DNA of 64,000 nt from positions 31,000,001-31,064,000 of the forward strand of contig NC_042998.1 in the NCBI RefSeq assembly GCF_006345805.1, read 5' to 3'. The DNA comes from Octopus sinensis (lineage: Eukaryota). The notes beneath the pieces were generated by a model. That model was given only the letters and a program-made list of their open reading frames with translations, searched no databases and was not told the origin of the DNA. This document shows, piece after piece, positions 37,944 through 53,331 of this stretch; position 1 is the first letter of the stretch, and each line of letters starts with the position of its first letter. The position numbers were made by a program, and so were the translations under genes.

Positions 37944-38360
37944 GATGTGTGTGTGTGTGTGTGTGTGTGAGCTCTGTCAGTGCATGTGTGCGCATGTCTT
38001 GTGTGTGTGTGTGAGAGAGAGTGTGTGAGCGAGCGAGCGAGTGTGTATGTGTGCGTGAGAGTGTGTGTGTGTGTGTAAGTGAGAGTGTGTATGTGAGTGA
38101 GTGCATGTGTGGGAGAGAGTGTGTATGTGAGTGAGTGCATGTGTGGGAGAGAGTGTGTGGGAGAGAGTGTGTGTGTGTGAGTGTATGTGAGTGTGTGTGT
38201 GAGTGTATGTGAGTGTGTGTGTGAGTGAGTGAGTGTGTGTGTGTGAGAGAGTGTATATGAGAGTGTGTGTGTGTGTAAGAGTGTGTGCATGTGAGAGTGA
38301 GAATGTGTGCATGTGTGAGTGTATGTGTGTGCATGTGTGCATGTAAGCTGGCATGTGAGT
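37944..38360. repeat. Compound (GT)/(GA)/(GTGA) microsatellite
   Basis: Direct reading; explains the His/Thr-rich ORFs. Confidence 0.95.
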
Positions 38361-39283
38361 GAGAGCTGATGACATTATCTTGCTGGTGTGTATGTATGTT
38401 TGCTAGGGTGTATGTACATGTGTGTGCAGGTGTGTATCAGCCATGTGTGAATACCTACATGTGCACACATACGAGTATATATGTCAGCTGTGTATATCAG
38501 CCGTGTCTGAATGAATACATGTGCATTAATCTTTTCTATTCTAGGCACAAGGCCTGAAATTTTGGGGGAGGGGCCAGTCAATTAGATTGACCCCAGTATG
38601 CAACTGGTATTTTATTTATCGACCCTGAAAGGATAAAAAGCAAAGTCGACCTCGGCAGAATTTGAACTCAGAACACAAAGACAGACGAAATACTACTAAG
38701 CATTTCGCCCAGCGTGCTAACGATTTTGCCAACACGCTGCCTTGTGCATTAATATCTGCTGTATGCATGTGTGCATATATATGCTTGGAATGCATGCATG
38801 GGTGTGTATGTACATATGGATGCTTGAGTATGTATTTCTATATTTATATCTTTATGTATGAATATGTGTGTGTGTGTATGTGTGTTTTTATCTGGATAAA
38901 TATGTATACATATGTTTACAGCTGATGTGTATGTGTGCATGTGTGTGTATGCTTCTGACATTTGTGTGTGTGTGTGCGTATGGGAGTGCATGTATTGTGT
39001 GTGTGTGTGTGTGCATGAGTGAGTGTGTTTGAGTATGACTGGTGTATGATAATGCAGTTGCATCAGTATTGATATTGGGTGAGATTTTGGTAGTGCTAGG
39101 GTGAAAGAGAGGAAAATTATACATACATAGATGTATATGTGTGTGTATATGTGTGTGCACAACCGCTTAGATAGAGACAATCATAGGTTACAGAGAATGC
39201 ATAAGGTTGGAAGGCCAGCCTAAGATCTGTGCAGGCATCAGTGGATGGTACTCTACTCTTGGTTATGAAGCAGCCATTATTAA

Positions 39284-39501
39284 CCCTTTCGTTACCAACC
39301 TGGATGAAACCAGCTCTGGCTCTGAGTACAAATGTCTTGTTTTCGTAAGTTTTGAATTAAAATCTTCCACCAAACCTTAGTCAATTTATGTTCCTAACAC
39401 TAGCTGAATGATAACTAAGTTATTTTACTAAATATTTTGTTATATTTAAAGATATTGAAAGAAACACAGAACATCTCAACAGAAATACAGTAACGAAAGG
39501 G
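39284..39501. mobile_element. piggyBac-type MITE copy 3
   Basis: TTAA-CCCTTTCGTTAC...GTAACGAAAGGG-TTAA. Confidence 0.88.
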
Positions 39502-40281
39502 TTAAAGTGGTGTATATGGAGACAATCATATTCATATGTTTTGAGCTGTTTATCATTTACAGCATACAACTTGAGATCAACCATATTCAGAAGATGGTAA
39601 ATAGCCTAACTATAGCACTTGTATCCACATACAGTTCTGTTTAGTATGTCAGTTAAAGGCATCAACACCAAACACAGATGGCGTAAAGAAAGAGAATACC
39701 CATGAAATATTCCTTGTGTAAAAAAAAAAAAAGAAACAACCATCACAACAGAGGTAGGAATCCAGATATGAAATAAGATCCCCAGCTTCTGGTTAAAATA
39801 TTTAACAAAGGCTCATAAGGTGCTATAGGGAAAATTTTATGAGATGCAGATGGAGTAAAAGACAACACTCAACTGGCTTACTGAAAAGAAACCCATCTTA
39901 ATCCCTAAATCTAAGAAACCACAGATTCTCAAAACTACAGACCCTTAACATGTCTTCCTACAACCTGCAAAACCTTAATTGCAAAGAGTGAACAAACAGA
40001 AAAAGAAAACCTGTTTCCCGAAAGGACTTTGTAACCATTCATGTAGCTGTGAAGATAATCACTCACCAATAAATCAATAACTAAAGATTGACGAAGGAAA
40101 AGGAAGGGTCTGAGCATGGCGTAGCTTTAGGGCCGGAAGGCTTTTGATTGTATTGCCCATGCATGGATCCTAGAAATATAGTCATTAAAAGTTGGATTTA
40201 GTTTTAGTTTCCTTCTATTTTTTGTTTTTGTAACTTCAAAACTGTGCCATTTTCTCATATGTTTCATATATTTTCTTGTTA

Positions 40282-40530
40282 TTGGGTTGGTGCACAATTA
40301 TTGCAGCTTTTTTTCAATAAATTTTATTCAACAAAAACAATAACAACATAACAAAAACATCTTTAAATGATTATTCTGGAACATATTCACCATCTACTTC
40401 AATTACTGCTTCCCCTTTGCTTGGCAGATGGTCAGACCATCATTTAAAGATGCTTTTGTTAAATAATATTATTGTTTTTGTTGAATAAAATTTGCTGAAA
40501 AAAAGTCGCAATAATTATGCACCAACACAA
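40282..40530 (-). mobile_element. Mariner-derived MITE with about 90-bp inverted arms
   Basis: ttgggttggtgcacaattattgc...gcaataattatgcaccaacacaa with TA flanks; core encodes LPSK.EAVIEVDGEY*. Confidence 0.8.
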
Positions 40531-40539
40531 TATTTGTGC

Positions 40540-42300
40540 TACATCCTTTACAAAGCACTTTTTTTCTTGATGATCTCTGACAACTATATCTGGCCTATTG
40601 GCCTTAATTTCTCTATCTGTGTGTATTGTCATATCCCAGAGTATGGTTGCTTTCTTATTTTCTGTGACCTTTTCTGGTGTGTGCCTATACCATCTTTTTT
40701 CTGTTGTTATTTCATAGTATTGGCATAGCTTCCAGTGTATATAGGTTCCAACTCTGCCGTTACTGCTTCTTCTCCATCACCACATATTCTGCAGTTGTAT
40801 TTCTTTTTATTACATGTTCTTAATGATTTCTGGTGGCGGGGAGGCTTTGGTCTTGGGCTGCAATTAAAAATCCTTCAGTCTCTGCTTTGAGTCCTGAGCT
40901 TCTCAGCCATTGCTGGGATTTTGCTTTGTCTATTTCTTTTCTGTTTAGTTTAACCCAATATTTGCAATAAAGGGGTTTTTCTTGCCTATTATTATTATTA
41001 TCATCATCATTATTATTACTATTATTGTGTGATTATTATTATTATTATTTGCTTGGCTTTTGCTTTGTATTTGTACAAGTTGACTCCAAGTCTTAGCTAG
41101 AGACCTCAAGAGACAAGTTAGAAGTTTGAGTTGTTGTTATGCCTAGGTGTCATGTATTTGGTTTTTGAGCAAAGTATTGTTCTAGAGAATGTCTGTGAAA
41201 ACATTAGAAAATTAGAAGTTTGTTCTAAAAGTGATTTGATTATAAGATGATAGTGTGATATTAACCCTTTCGTTACCGTATTTATTTTGAGATGCTCTGT
41301 GTTTCTTTCAATTAATTTTAAATATAACAAAGAATTTAGTAAAATAACTTCGTCATCATTCAGCTAGTGTTAGGAACATAAATTGTGACTCAGGTTTGGT
41401 GGAATATTTTTAATTCAATACTTATGAAAACAAGACATTTGTACTACAGAGCCAGAGGCGGTTTTGGCCGGGTTGGTATCAAAAGGGTTAAGATGAGAGT
41501 AAAAGGTGTTTCCTGTTATGTTCATTTAAAATTAATTTTCAACCATGATTTGATTTTTTAGACCTTCTAGTTCAGTTGGGTCAATTTCTGTGTGACTTTC
41601 ATCTGTTTGATTTTCATCTTCCTTGATATTTATGGCTGGTTCAGAAAGTATTTCACTTTGCTTATAAGTTACATTGACTCTTTCTATCATTATTGCATTT
41701 TCATCAAACCTGGGTTACTCTGTAATTATTTCTTCAATAGTATCTTCTTTAGTTGCACCTTCGTTCATATTATCCTTTACTGATTGTTTTATCTGGTCAA
41801 TCTCTAATTCAGTAATTTCTTTGTGATATTGTTTCTTCTGACATTGGCAAGCTTGTTACTATCTATGTAGGAACTTGCTTCAAAGTGCTTCTCTCTCTAT
41901 TACAGGTAGGCTTGTTCAGTATTGAATTTATTTGTAGGGAAATACATGGTGCAATAGAAAGCCTTAAAAACTTCTTTATTACCTTTCCTGGACCACTTTT
42001 CATTCTTTTTCTTTTGATTATTAGATGATGAGCATGGATGGCCACCTGTTAGAATATTCCAGTTGTGGTTCACATCCAGCTCCTGTATTTCGGGAAGATT
42101 TGAACCAGCAGTTGGTTTTTCACCCCCAGTGTGATTCCTCATTTGGATGTGCAGCTCTTGTTGACCCAAGGGATGGCCAATCTGGTGTTAATTTTGCTTT
42201 GTTATCATTGAGATATGAAGAGCTTGGATGTTGCCATTAAGCAATAGACCTGTCTATTTAGCATTAACTTTTTGAGACATCACCACCTCTGGCTTCTTTG
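40540..42300 (-). mobile_element. R4/Dong-like restriction-endonuclease LINE relic, internally deleted and interrupted
   Basis: QWLRSSGLKAETEGFLIAAQDQ, ILWDMTIHTDREIKANRPDIV and N-terminal KW.RK.NKEV..AFY; family assignment from recalled motifs. Confidence 0.6.
41265..41487. mobile_element. piggyBac-type MITE copy 4
   Basis: TTAA flanks, same orientation as copy 2. Confidence 0.88.
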
Positions 42301-43159
42301 TATGAAAACCTTCCTCATAATATAGTTTCATAAGGCTAACAGAACAGTATTTGACATTTTTCTTCTTTTTTTTTTTTTTTTTTTGTTGACATCAGTGGTG
42401 GCTCATAGATAAAATTAGTTGGGGTATTGCTTCAGAAAATTTTTAGCCGTTGTTTTAATACTGTTTAAAAGGAAACAAACATATAAAACGAATATTTATA
42501 CATAAACTTGTATGGTTCGTGCTTTAGCCATTGCCGGGTAGTGTGTTTAATTTGTTCACTGAACACCACCATGAATTCCCCCTTGGTTTTCAAAAATCAC
42601 CCGAAATCACAAAATAAGGGGGAAAAATCTGCCCTATTTTCCAAATCCTGGCAACAACACTGTAACTGGAAGTAGAATAATAATCTAATTCTACACTTCG
42701 TCACATTCAAGAATATAAACACGTTTTTAAGCACAATACACATGGAGTCAAAGAGAAACAGTACCTTTTACCAGCACATCAGGGTTAGCACTGTGTGAAC
42801 GACAGTGCTCTCTCTCCCTAGTGTGCAGCTCCCTATCTCCAATATGCGAGGATGCGTACAACAGCCAAACATCATGTTGCTGGAACTGTGAAGCGCACAG
42901 TTCTATATAAGGATTTTAGTGTCTTTTTCATAAACTCGAGGTTGGCTACTTATATTAATTAAGCTTAAGGTTTATATAATGTACAAGTATAAAGAAAGAA
43001 TTAAAGAAATTTTTTTAAAAATTCAATCAAAGAATTGAATGTTATTGATAATATCAAGTGGAAATAGTGGGTGCTGCAGTTCTGCAGTGCCTATACACAA
43101 GCCATCACTGCTGAAATATAATATTCCTATAAAATTTACCTCTATATTTTCATTTATTA

Positions 43160-44206
43160 ATTATTTATTTATTATTATTTATTCATTTATTAATATTTAT
43201 TTTTATTTATTATTTACTTATTTGTTTATTATTTATTTTTATAGTTTATTATTACTTATTTATTTCTTATATTCTTTTATTTGTTTCAGTCATTTGACTG
43301 TGGCCATGCTGAAGCACCACCCTCAGTCAAACAAACTGACCCTAGAACTTATTCCTTGTAAGCCTAGTACTTATTCTATTGGTCTCTATTGCCAAACCGC
43401 TAAGTTACGGGGACATGAACACACCAACATCAGTTGTCAAGCAAAGGTGGAGACACAAACATACTCACACACACATACACACACACACATATATATATAT
43501 ATATACACACAATGGGTTTCTTTCAGTTTCTGTCTATCAAGTCCACTTACAAGGCTTTGGTCAGCCCAAGGCTATAGTAGAAGACATTTACCCAGGTGCC
43601 ACGCAGTGGGACTGAACTCAGAACCATGTGGTTGGTAAGCAAGCTACTTACCACACAGCCACTCCTGTGCCTATATTTATCTATTATTTATTTATTATTA
43701 TTTATTCATTTATTAATATTTATTTTTATTTATTATTTACTTATTTGTTTATTATTTATTTTTATAGTTTATTATTACTTATTTATTTCTTATATTCTTT
43801 TATTTGTTTCAGTCATTTGACTGTGGCCATGCTGAAGCACCACCCTCAGTCAAACAAACTGACCCTAGAACTTATTCCTTGTAAGCCTAGTACTTATTCT
43901 ATTGGTCTCTATTGCCAAACCGCTAAGTTACGGGGACATGAACACACCAACATCAGTTGTCAAGCAAAGGTGGAGACACAAACATACTCACACACACATA
44001 CACACACACACATATATATATATATATACACACAATGGGTTTCTTTCAGTTTCTGTCTATCAAGTCCACTTACAAGGCTTTGGTCAGCCCAAGGCTATAG
44101 TAGAAGACATTTACCCAAGGTGCCACGCAGTGGGACTGAACTCAGAACCATGTGGTTGGTAAGCAAGCTACTTACCACACAGCCACTCCTGTGCCTATAT
44201 TTATCT
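43160..44206. repeat. 523-bp tandem duplication containing a SINE A copy
   Basis: Period of 523 bp; the only difference found is a 1-nt indel. Confidence 0.92.
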
Positions 44207-44274
44207 ATTATTTATTTATTTATTTTCATTTATTTATTTATTTACCTCTGTATTATTTTCATTTAATTGAACAG

Positions 44275-44417
44275 TACTTGTGAGGCTGGAGATATGATAT
44301 GTTACAAGTGTGACTGTACTGATGGTTTCCAGTGCACTGATCTTACGTGCATCAACAAAACTAAAGTTTGTGATGGGACCTTCGATTGCCATGATGCAAC
44401 AGATGAACTGAACTGCG
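44275..44417 (+). CDS. Exon 13: end of E3 and LDL-receptor class A repeat
   Basis: gaacag / gtaagt, 143 nt, phase 2-1; CTCEAGDMIC, then six-Cys LDLa C..GFQC....CI....VCDGTFDCHDATDELNC with the acidic calcium motif. Confidence 0.93.
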
Positions 44418-44635
44418 GTAAGTATAAAGCTTTTTTATATTTGAAATGAAAACTTTTTTTTTTTCCTTTTACTTGTTTCAGTCAGTTGAATGCGGCCATG
44501 TTGGGGCACCGCTTTTAGTCAAATTGACCCCAGAACTTATTCTTTGTAAGCCTAGTACTTATTCTCTTTGGCTGAACTGCTAAGTTACAAGAGATGTAAA
44601 CACACCACCATCAGTTGTTAAGTGATAGTGGGGGA

Positions 44636-44669
<34 letters not shown>

Positions 44670-45477
44670 AAATACACTGCTTTATTTGGAGTTTGCTAGT
44701 GTTAACAATAATCACAAATAAAATAGAGACTGGAGTTGTAGTGCTCCAAGTGAGATATATTCAACTTAATAATTTCAATTGAGGCAATACAAGCGGAAAA
44801 CTAGAGGAACATTATTAATAACCACACTCGAAAATTAAATATATATATATATGTATATATACATGCATATATATATATATATATGTATACATATATGCAT
44901 ATATATATGTATACATATATGCATATATATATGTGTGTATATATATGCATATATATATATGTGTGTATATATGCATATATATATGTATACATATATGCAA
45001 ATATATATGCATATATATAGATGTACATATATATGCATATATATATATATATCTTTTTTATTCATCTAGTTTCAGCTCACAAGCTATGGCCATGCTGGGG
45101 CATCGCCATTTGGTGTCGCTACATAATTTTACTTCGTATATATATATATATATCATCATCATCGTTTAATGTCCATTTTCCATGCTAGCATGGGTTGGAT
45201 GGTTCGACCGGGGTCTGGGAAGCCAGGAGGCTGCACCAGGCTCCAGTCTGATCTGCCAGCTGTAGAATCTCTGCCAGATCAGACTGGAGCCTGGTGCAAC
45301 CTCCTGGTTTCCCAGACCCCAGTCGAACCGTCCAACCCATGCTAACCTCGAAAACAGACATTAAATGATGATGACGATGATGATATATATATATATATAC
45401 ATACATACATACATATATATATATACATATACATACATATATATATATACATATACATACATATATACATATCATCA

Positions 45478-47428
45478 TCATCATCATCATCGTTTAGCGT
45501 CCACTTTCCATGCTAGCATGGGTTGGACGGGTCAACTGGGGTCTGTGAAGCTGGAAGGCTTCGTCAGGCCCAGTCAGATCTGGCAGTGTTTCTACGGCTG
45601 GATGCCCTTCCTAACGCCAACCACTCCGCGAGTGTAGTGGGTGTTTTTTACGTGCCACCTGCACAGGTGCCAGACAGAGCTGGCGAACGGCCACGAACGG
45701 ATGGTGCTTTTATGTGTCACCGGCACGGGGCCAGGCGATGCTGGCAACGGACACAAACGGATGGTGCTTTTACGTGCCACCGACACGGGGCCAGACAGAG
45801 CTGGCAACCGGCCACGAGCGGACGGTGCTTTTACGTGTCACCGGCACGGGGCCGGGCGAGGCTGGCAACGAACACGAACGGATGGTGCTTTTACGTGCCA
45901 CCGACACGGGGCCAGGCAGAGCTGGCAAACGGCCACGAGCAAATGGTGCTTTTACATATCACCGGCACGGGTGCCAGACGAGGCTGACAGCGGACACGAG
46001 CGGATGGGTCACTTAACCCCTGCTTTCTGATATATGATTTGATTTTGATTGTTCTCACTGGTCTTGCCGGGTCTTCTCACGCACAGCATACTTCCATAGG
46101 TCTCGGTCTCTGGTCATTTCCTTGGTGAGATCTAGAGTTCGAAGGTTGTGCTTCACCACCTCGACCCAGGTTTTCCTGGGTCTACCTCTTCCACAGGTCC
46201 CCTCAACTGCCAGGGTGTGGCACTTTTTCACACACCTATCTTCATCCATTCTCACCACATGACCATACCAGCGCAATCGTCTCTCTTGCACACAACATCT
46301 GATTCCTCTTAGGTCCAACTTTTCTCTCAAGGTACTTACACTCTGTCGACTATGAACACTGACATTACACATCCAACGGAGCATACTAGCTTCATTTCTC
46401 GCGAGCTTACGCATGTCCTCAGCAGTCACGGCCCATGTTTCATTGCCATGTAGCATGGCTGTTCATACACATGCATCATACAGTCTGCCTTTTACTCTGA
46501 GCGAGAGGCCTTTAGTCACCAACAGAGGTAAGAGCTCCCTAAACTTTGCCCAGGCTATTCTTACTCTAGCCGTTACACTTTCAGCACACCCACCCCCACT
46601 ACTGACTTCTAGTTTTTCCCCCTGGAAAGTGACGGAAGTTGTTTTCTGCAGATTTTCGGAGGTCAATACTCCCGAGCATCTGCCACATACAAAAACCATC
46701 TTCCTAGTTAGCCTTCCTATGACATTGCTGCACCTCTTATGTGTCCATAGCTTACACTTGGTGCATCTTATAGAGTTTCTACCTACACCTTTTCTACAGA
46801 TCGAGCAGGGCCATCTACCTGAAGGCGTTTGTGATTTGTCTACCTTCCTACTTATTAGGACTTTGGTTTTAGCTAGGTTGACTCTAAGGCCCTTCGATTC
46901 TAAACCATGCTTCCACACCTGAAACTTCTCTCTCCAGTTCTGATAATGACTCAGCAATTAGAGCAAGGTCATCAGCATAGAGGAGCTCCCAGGGGCATCC
47001 TGTCTTGAATTCCTCCATTATTGCCTGGAGGACTATGATAAATAGGAGGGGGCTGAGGACTGAGCCTTGGTGGACCCCTACCTCTACCCGGAATTCTTCA
47101 CTGTACTCGTTTCCAACCCTCACCTTACTAGCAGCGTCCCTGTACATGGCTTGCACAGCTCTCACTAACCATTCATCTATTCCTAGTTTCCTCATTGACC
47201 ACCATATGAGGGATCGGGGGACCTGTCAAAGGCTTTCTCCATGTCAACAAAAGCCAGGTACAGGGCCTTATCTTTGGCTAGGTATTTCTCCTGCAGCTGC
47301 CTCACCAGGAATATAGCATCAGTGGTACTTTTCCCTGGCATGAAACCAAACTGCATCTCATCTAAACTAACTCTCTCTCTAATTAGTTGGCTTATGACCC
47401 TCTCTGTAACCTTCATCACCTGATCCAA
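45478..47428 (-). mobile_element. Second, more truncated and frameshifted copy of the same RTE LINE with 3'UTR
   Basis: ORFs 46055-46456, 46463-46957 and 46884-47195 match the 658-aa ORF; 33-nt deletion removes IVDSFRYLGDQ. Confidence 0.92.
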
Positions 47429-47483
47429 ATATATATATATATATATAGCATGGAAAGCGGACGTTAAATGATGATGATGATGA

Positions 47484-49490
<2,007 letters not shown>

Positions 49491-51239
49491 AAAAGGCTCC
49501 GATCGAGTGTGATCGTTACTAGCATTGCCTTACTGCACTTTTGCCGGTGGCACATGTAAAAACATTCGAGCGAGATCATTGCCAGTACTGCCTGACTGGC
49601 CCCCATGCCAGTGGTACGTAAAATCACCCACTACACTCTCGGAGTGGTTGGCGTTAGAAAAGGCATCCAGCTGCCGAAACTCTGCCAGATCAAGATTGGA
49701 GCCTGTTGCAGCCATCTGGTTTGCCAGCCCTCAGTCAAATCATCCAACTCATGCTCGCATAGAAAGCGGACATTAAACGATGATGATGATATATGTATAT
49801 ATGGAGTAAAATTATGTAGCAACACCAAATGACAGTGCCCCAGCATGGCCACAGCTCGTAAACTGAAACTAGATGAAATAAAAAAAATAAAATATATATA
49901 TATATATATAGATATAGATACATATACATACACACACACACACACATAATATCTCATAATATCTCTTCTTTCATAGATGTATGATAAGGATTAGTACGTT
50001 TGTTGGACTGTTGAACGTGCAGATGAAAACCATGATGTATTAATCAATTTCACGCACCAACCTAACGCAAAACTTCTATTAATCTGAAGCAATTCTTGTT
50101 GAGTCCCATCCAGAACATTATCTGTCTAGTATCAGCACCTGAAAGTCAGAGACAGAGAGCTAGGCTTTATAAGTATGGCATGAGACTTGTTCTACAGCAA
50201 TGTATATATCCAAACATCATTCCGATTAAAATTGCAGCTTCTCTTTCTCGTCTCTTATATAGTTAATCCGGTTTTCCCCTAATAGTGTTCTTTTAGCATA
50301 CGCATTCTGTTATTATATGGAAATTTGTTGGATGAAGTGGACTGGCACACATCGGTGCCCCATAGTGGAACCCTGCATACACTCCTTCATTATTTGGAAT
50401 GAGTTTTATATAATCCCTGTGGATTCATACGCAACCTTTGTGCATGTGTCAGTTGTTTGTTTAGCTATGTGTTTGCCATAATGCTTGAATTAGGACATTC
50501 AAGATGCATGAAAAAAATCTGCTTTGAGTCATTTGTATAGAACAGATTAAAGTGAAGTGTAAAGAAGAGAGGAAGAAAGACATAGAGAAAGGGACGGACA
50601 GACAGACAATGTTTGAAACTGGCAGTTGTATGATGGGAGATGTACACTCACCCAGCAACCAATAAAATTTATTGTACACCACCAACCAATATAATTCAAG
50701 ATAAGCTGTAACGCTTATAATAAAATTAGTTGTTGCGATGAAGGAATTAAACCTGACGTTCTGAACAAAGATTGAAGAACCCTCGTCTCAATTCAAATCC
50801 CGTCATAGCCTGCTTCATGAGTAGACTTAATCTCTCACTTGGTTTGATACCACCACATAGCCATTGAGTATTTTTAGCACTGTGGAAAACATGCAGGCCT
50901 ACGCTTGAACCCTTCTCACCGATGTGCCAATGCCAAACGGCAGAATGACACTGCAACCAGTTTCAACGACATTGAATTCTATTTTGAACCAAGCTGCCAG
51001 ACAATTTGAGTGCACCCCCACTCAAATGAGCCATTCGTATGAGAGATGCAGCTTCTTACTGGAAGTGAAAGGTCAATGAGATAAAGGGAAAGGCTGAGGT
51101 CACATTCACCAGTGCATTCGACTTTGAAATGGTTCAGTTTGATTCATAATACGGGGAGGAAAATGATTGTTGTGAATCTAGTGAAGAGCACAAACAGATG
51201 AAAAACTGAAAATTGCTGCAAAGTAAGAGAAGATCAAGC

Positions 51240-52560
51240 TATTAACCCTTTTGCCACAAAATTGGTCTCAGGGGAAAAACTAGTGAAAATTTTAATATAA
51301 GAGATCGTATGGTGTGGAGATCGCAACAACCGGAAAAAGAAAACGGTATTTTGGCGGATCCTCACCCAAACAAAGGCAAGAGAACGCTTGCTTCTTATGT
51401 CACAAAACAAATAATACAATTGTATGTGTTGGAAGAATATTAGCATGTTTGCCCAGCTAAAATAAAAATTCTTACTATAAAGAAGAATGGAGTAAAGGTT
51501 CACCAGCAAAAGCAGCTATTGCTTGTGAATGTGCATGAACTTTTTGCGGAATACAGTAAGAAGGACTCAGCAGATCAGGTAGGCCTTTCAGGGTCTTCTG
51601 GCTTGCAAGTAAAATGGTGTGTTCCTGTTAATGCCTCAGTATGTGACCGTAAGCAACACCAAAATGCAAAATTTATCGCCACTACAATTCCCCATGTAGT
51701 CACGACTACAAAAACTTACTTGGCAAAATGTTCTCTTCCATGAACAATCATGATTACGTGCTGTTCCTGTGTCAATCATGCCCTCGCATGATTAACATTG
51801 AACAACGGAAATTGTTAGGCATTCTTCCATCATGATTTTCACTTTGACAATTTAGTAACATAGAATGAGAGTGCACATGTGGAGTGGACTGCCCTCTTAT
51901 GCCTAACAAACACAGTGAGTGACTTCATTCAAACCGCTGGCAGAGTATTTCATTCTCCATGACAGCACCATTTCATAGCAACACCTCAAGTTTCCTTAGT
52001 TATCTGAAAGATGATTTGACATCAAATCAAGCTATAGTATTTTGGGATTTTACAGGAGATTATCTTTTGGTAGTTCAGGAAGAGGTGCATGTGTTTTTTT
52101 GGAACAATTCACCCATTCATTACAGAGACCATTGGAAACCTGCAATGGACTTCAAACTATCATATCTGATTGTTTGAAACACATCACCACCAAAACGCAC
52201 GCCTCTCTTACAAGGGTTATAAAAGCACGTCAATTATAGCTGCTATTCATAAATAAGCTCCCGTACTTCAGTGACGGTGCAGCCAAACAATACAAGAACT
52301 ACAAAAGCCAAACAAATCTCTGTCATCATCAGAACGAATATAAGCTCGAGATAATTTGGAATTTCTATGCCACACCACATGGAAAGAGTTCATGTAATAG
52401 AATCGGTGGGAGAGTGAAAAGTTTGGGTCGAAAAGCAAGCTTACAAGCAGCAAAAGAAAGATAAAATCACACAGCTTCCGACATATAAAACTAGGCACGC
52501 GCAAGCATTCCAGCAATAAATTTCTTTACATGTCAGCCACCGATGTCGTCCTATATTAAA
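51240..52560 (+). mobile_element. Decayed DNA-transposon transposase, Sola2-like
   Basis: Across frames: LTLLPQNWS, QKQLL, KWC..HQN, DF..DY..VQEE, ISDCLKH, FSDGAAKQYKN, FYATPHGKSSC..IGG.VK; superfamily name from memory. Confidence 0.6.
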
Positions 52561-53298
52561 TTCATTTCGACTTGCATGCATGATTCAGTTACGCAGAGAA
52601 AGTAATTCACTCACAATACCAACACTGCCTTGTTCCTTTTTCAACAAGTAAACAGCTAATAAAAACAATAGCAGCTGATCACCATTTCACCCTTCTAGAT
52701 AAAGTATAATCAAGTAGGGTACCATTGGCTTATGTTATTAAGCTATTCTATTCGCCAGAGGACATACTATTTGTCGAACATCATGATATCTGACTTATAG
52801 ATTTCCCCAAGTAAGGTTTTTGCATTTCCACAATCCAAACTTAGAGCATTTAAGCACGTAAGGATCTCACCTGTTATCCATGTGGTTTCTCAAACCTGGC
52901 TCACCTGGTTTTAGCACCATCTAACATAGTTTTGTAAAATTTCTCTTATAGAAATTAACTCGTCTTCTCGTAAACAGTGATTTACATAATAGGTAATCAA
53001 TACATTATTAAGATTGTAATCTCTTTATATTTACTGCTTCAATATGAAATTTTATTCAAGCTTTCAAACCTAATTATTTTAGGACAAGATAATTCTGCAC
53101 ACACATATTAGGTTCGTTTTACTCCACTATGCATCTAAAAACATTCAGAAAAACAATTCATTTCTTTCAACCAAACAAAGAGTTCTTTTACAGTATCCTT
53201 CCACAAGACAATTTAATATTATTGTAAAACTCTTTGATTTAAATTTGATATCAAAAGTCATTTACTTTATGAATAAACTTCCTTCTTTTTCATTAAAG

Positions 53299-53331
53299 GA
53301 CCTCCTATCCCTACAGAAACAACACCCACTG
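53299..53331 (+). CDS. Putative Thr/Pro-rich mini-exon A (GPPIPTETTPT)
   Basis: cttctttttcattaaag acceptor, gtcagt donor, 33 nt, phase 1-1, compatible with exon 13. Confidence 0.7.

Noticed and set aside
37789-39180. His/Thr-rich ORFs on the minus strand
   Set aside because: Translations of (GT)/(GTGA) microsatellites.
45640-46010. CRISPR-like or coding repeat array
   Set aside because: Units are contiguous with no unique spacers, lie in a LINE 3'UTR, and the context is eukaryotic.
49977-50000. Good-looking tcatag acceptor after exon 13
   Set aside because: Immediate stop (D-V-*) in the required phase.
51243-51260. TTAA-CCCTTT resembling a piggyBac terminus
   Set aside because: It falls within the transposase relic reading LTLLPQNWS, and no partner end was found.
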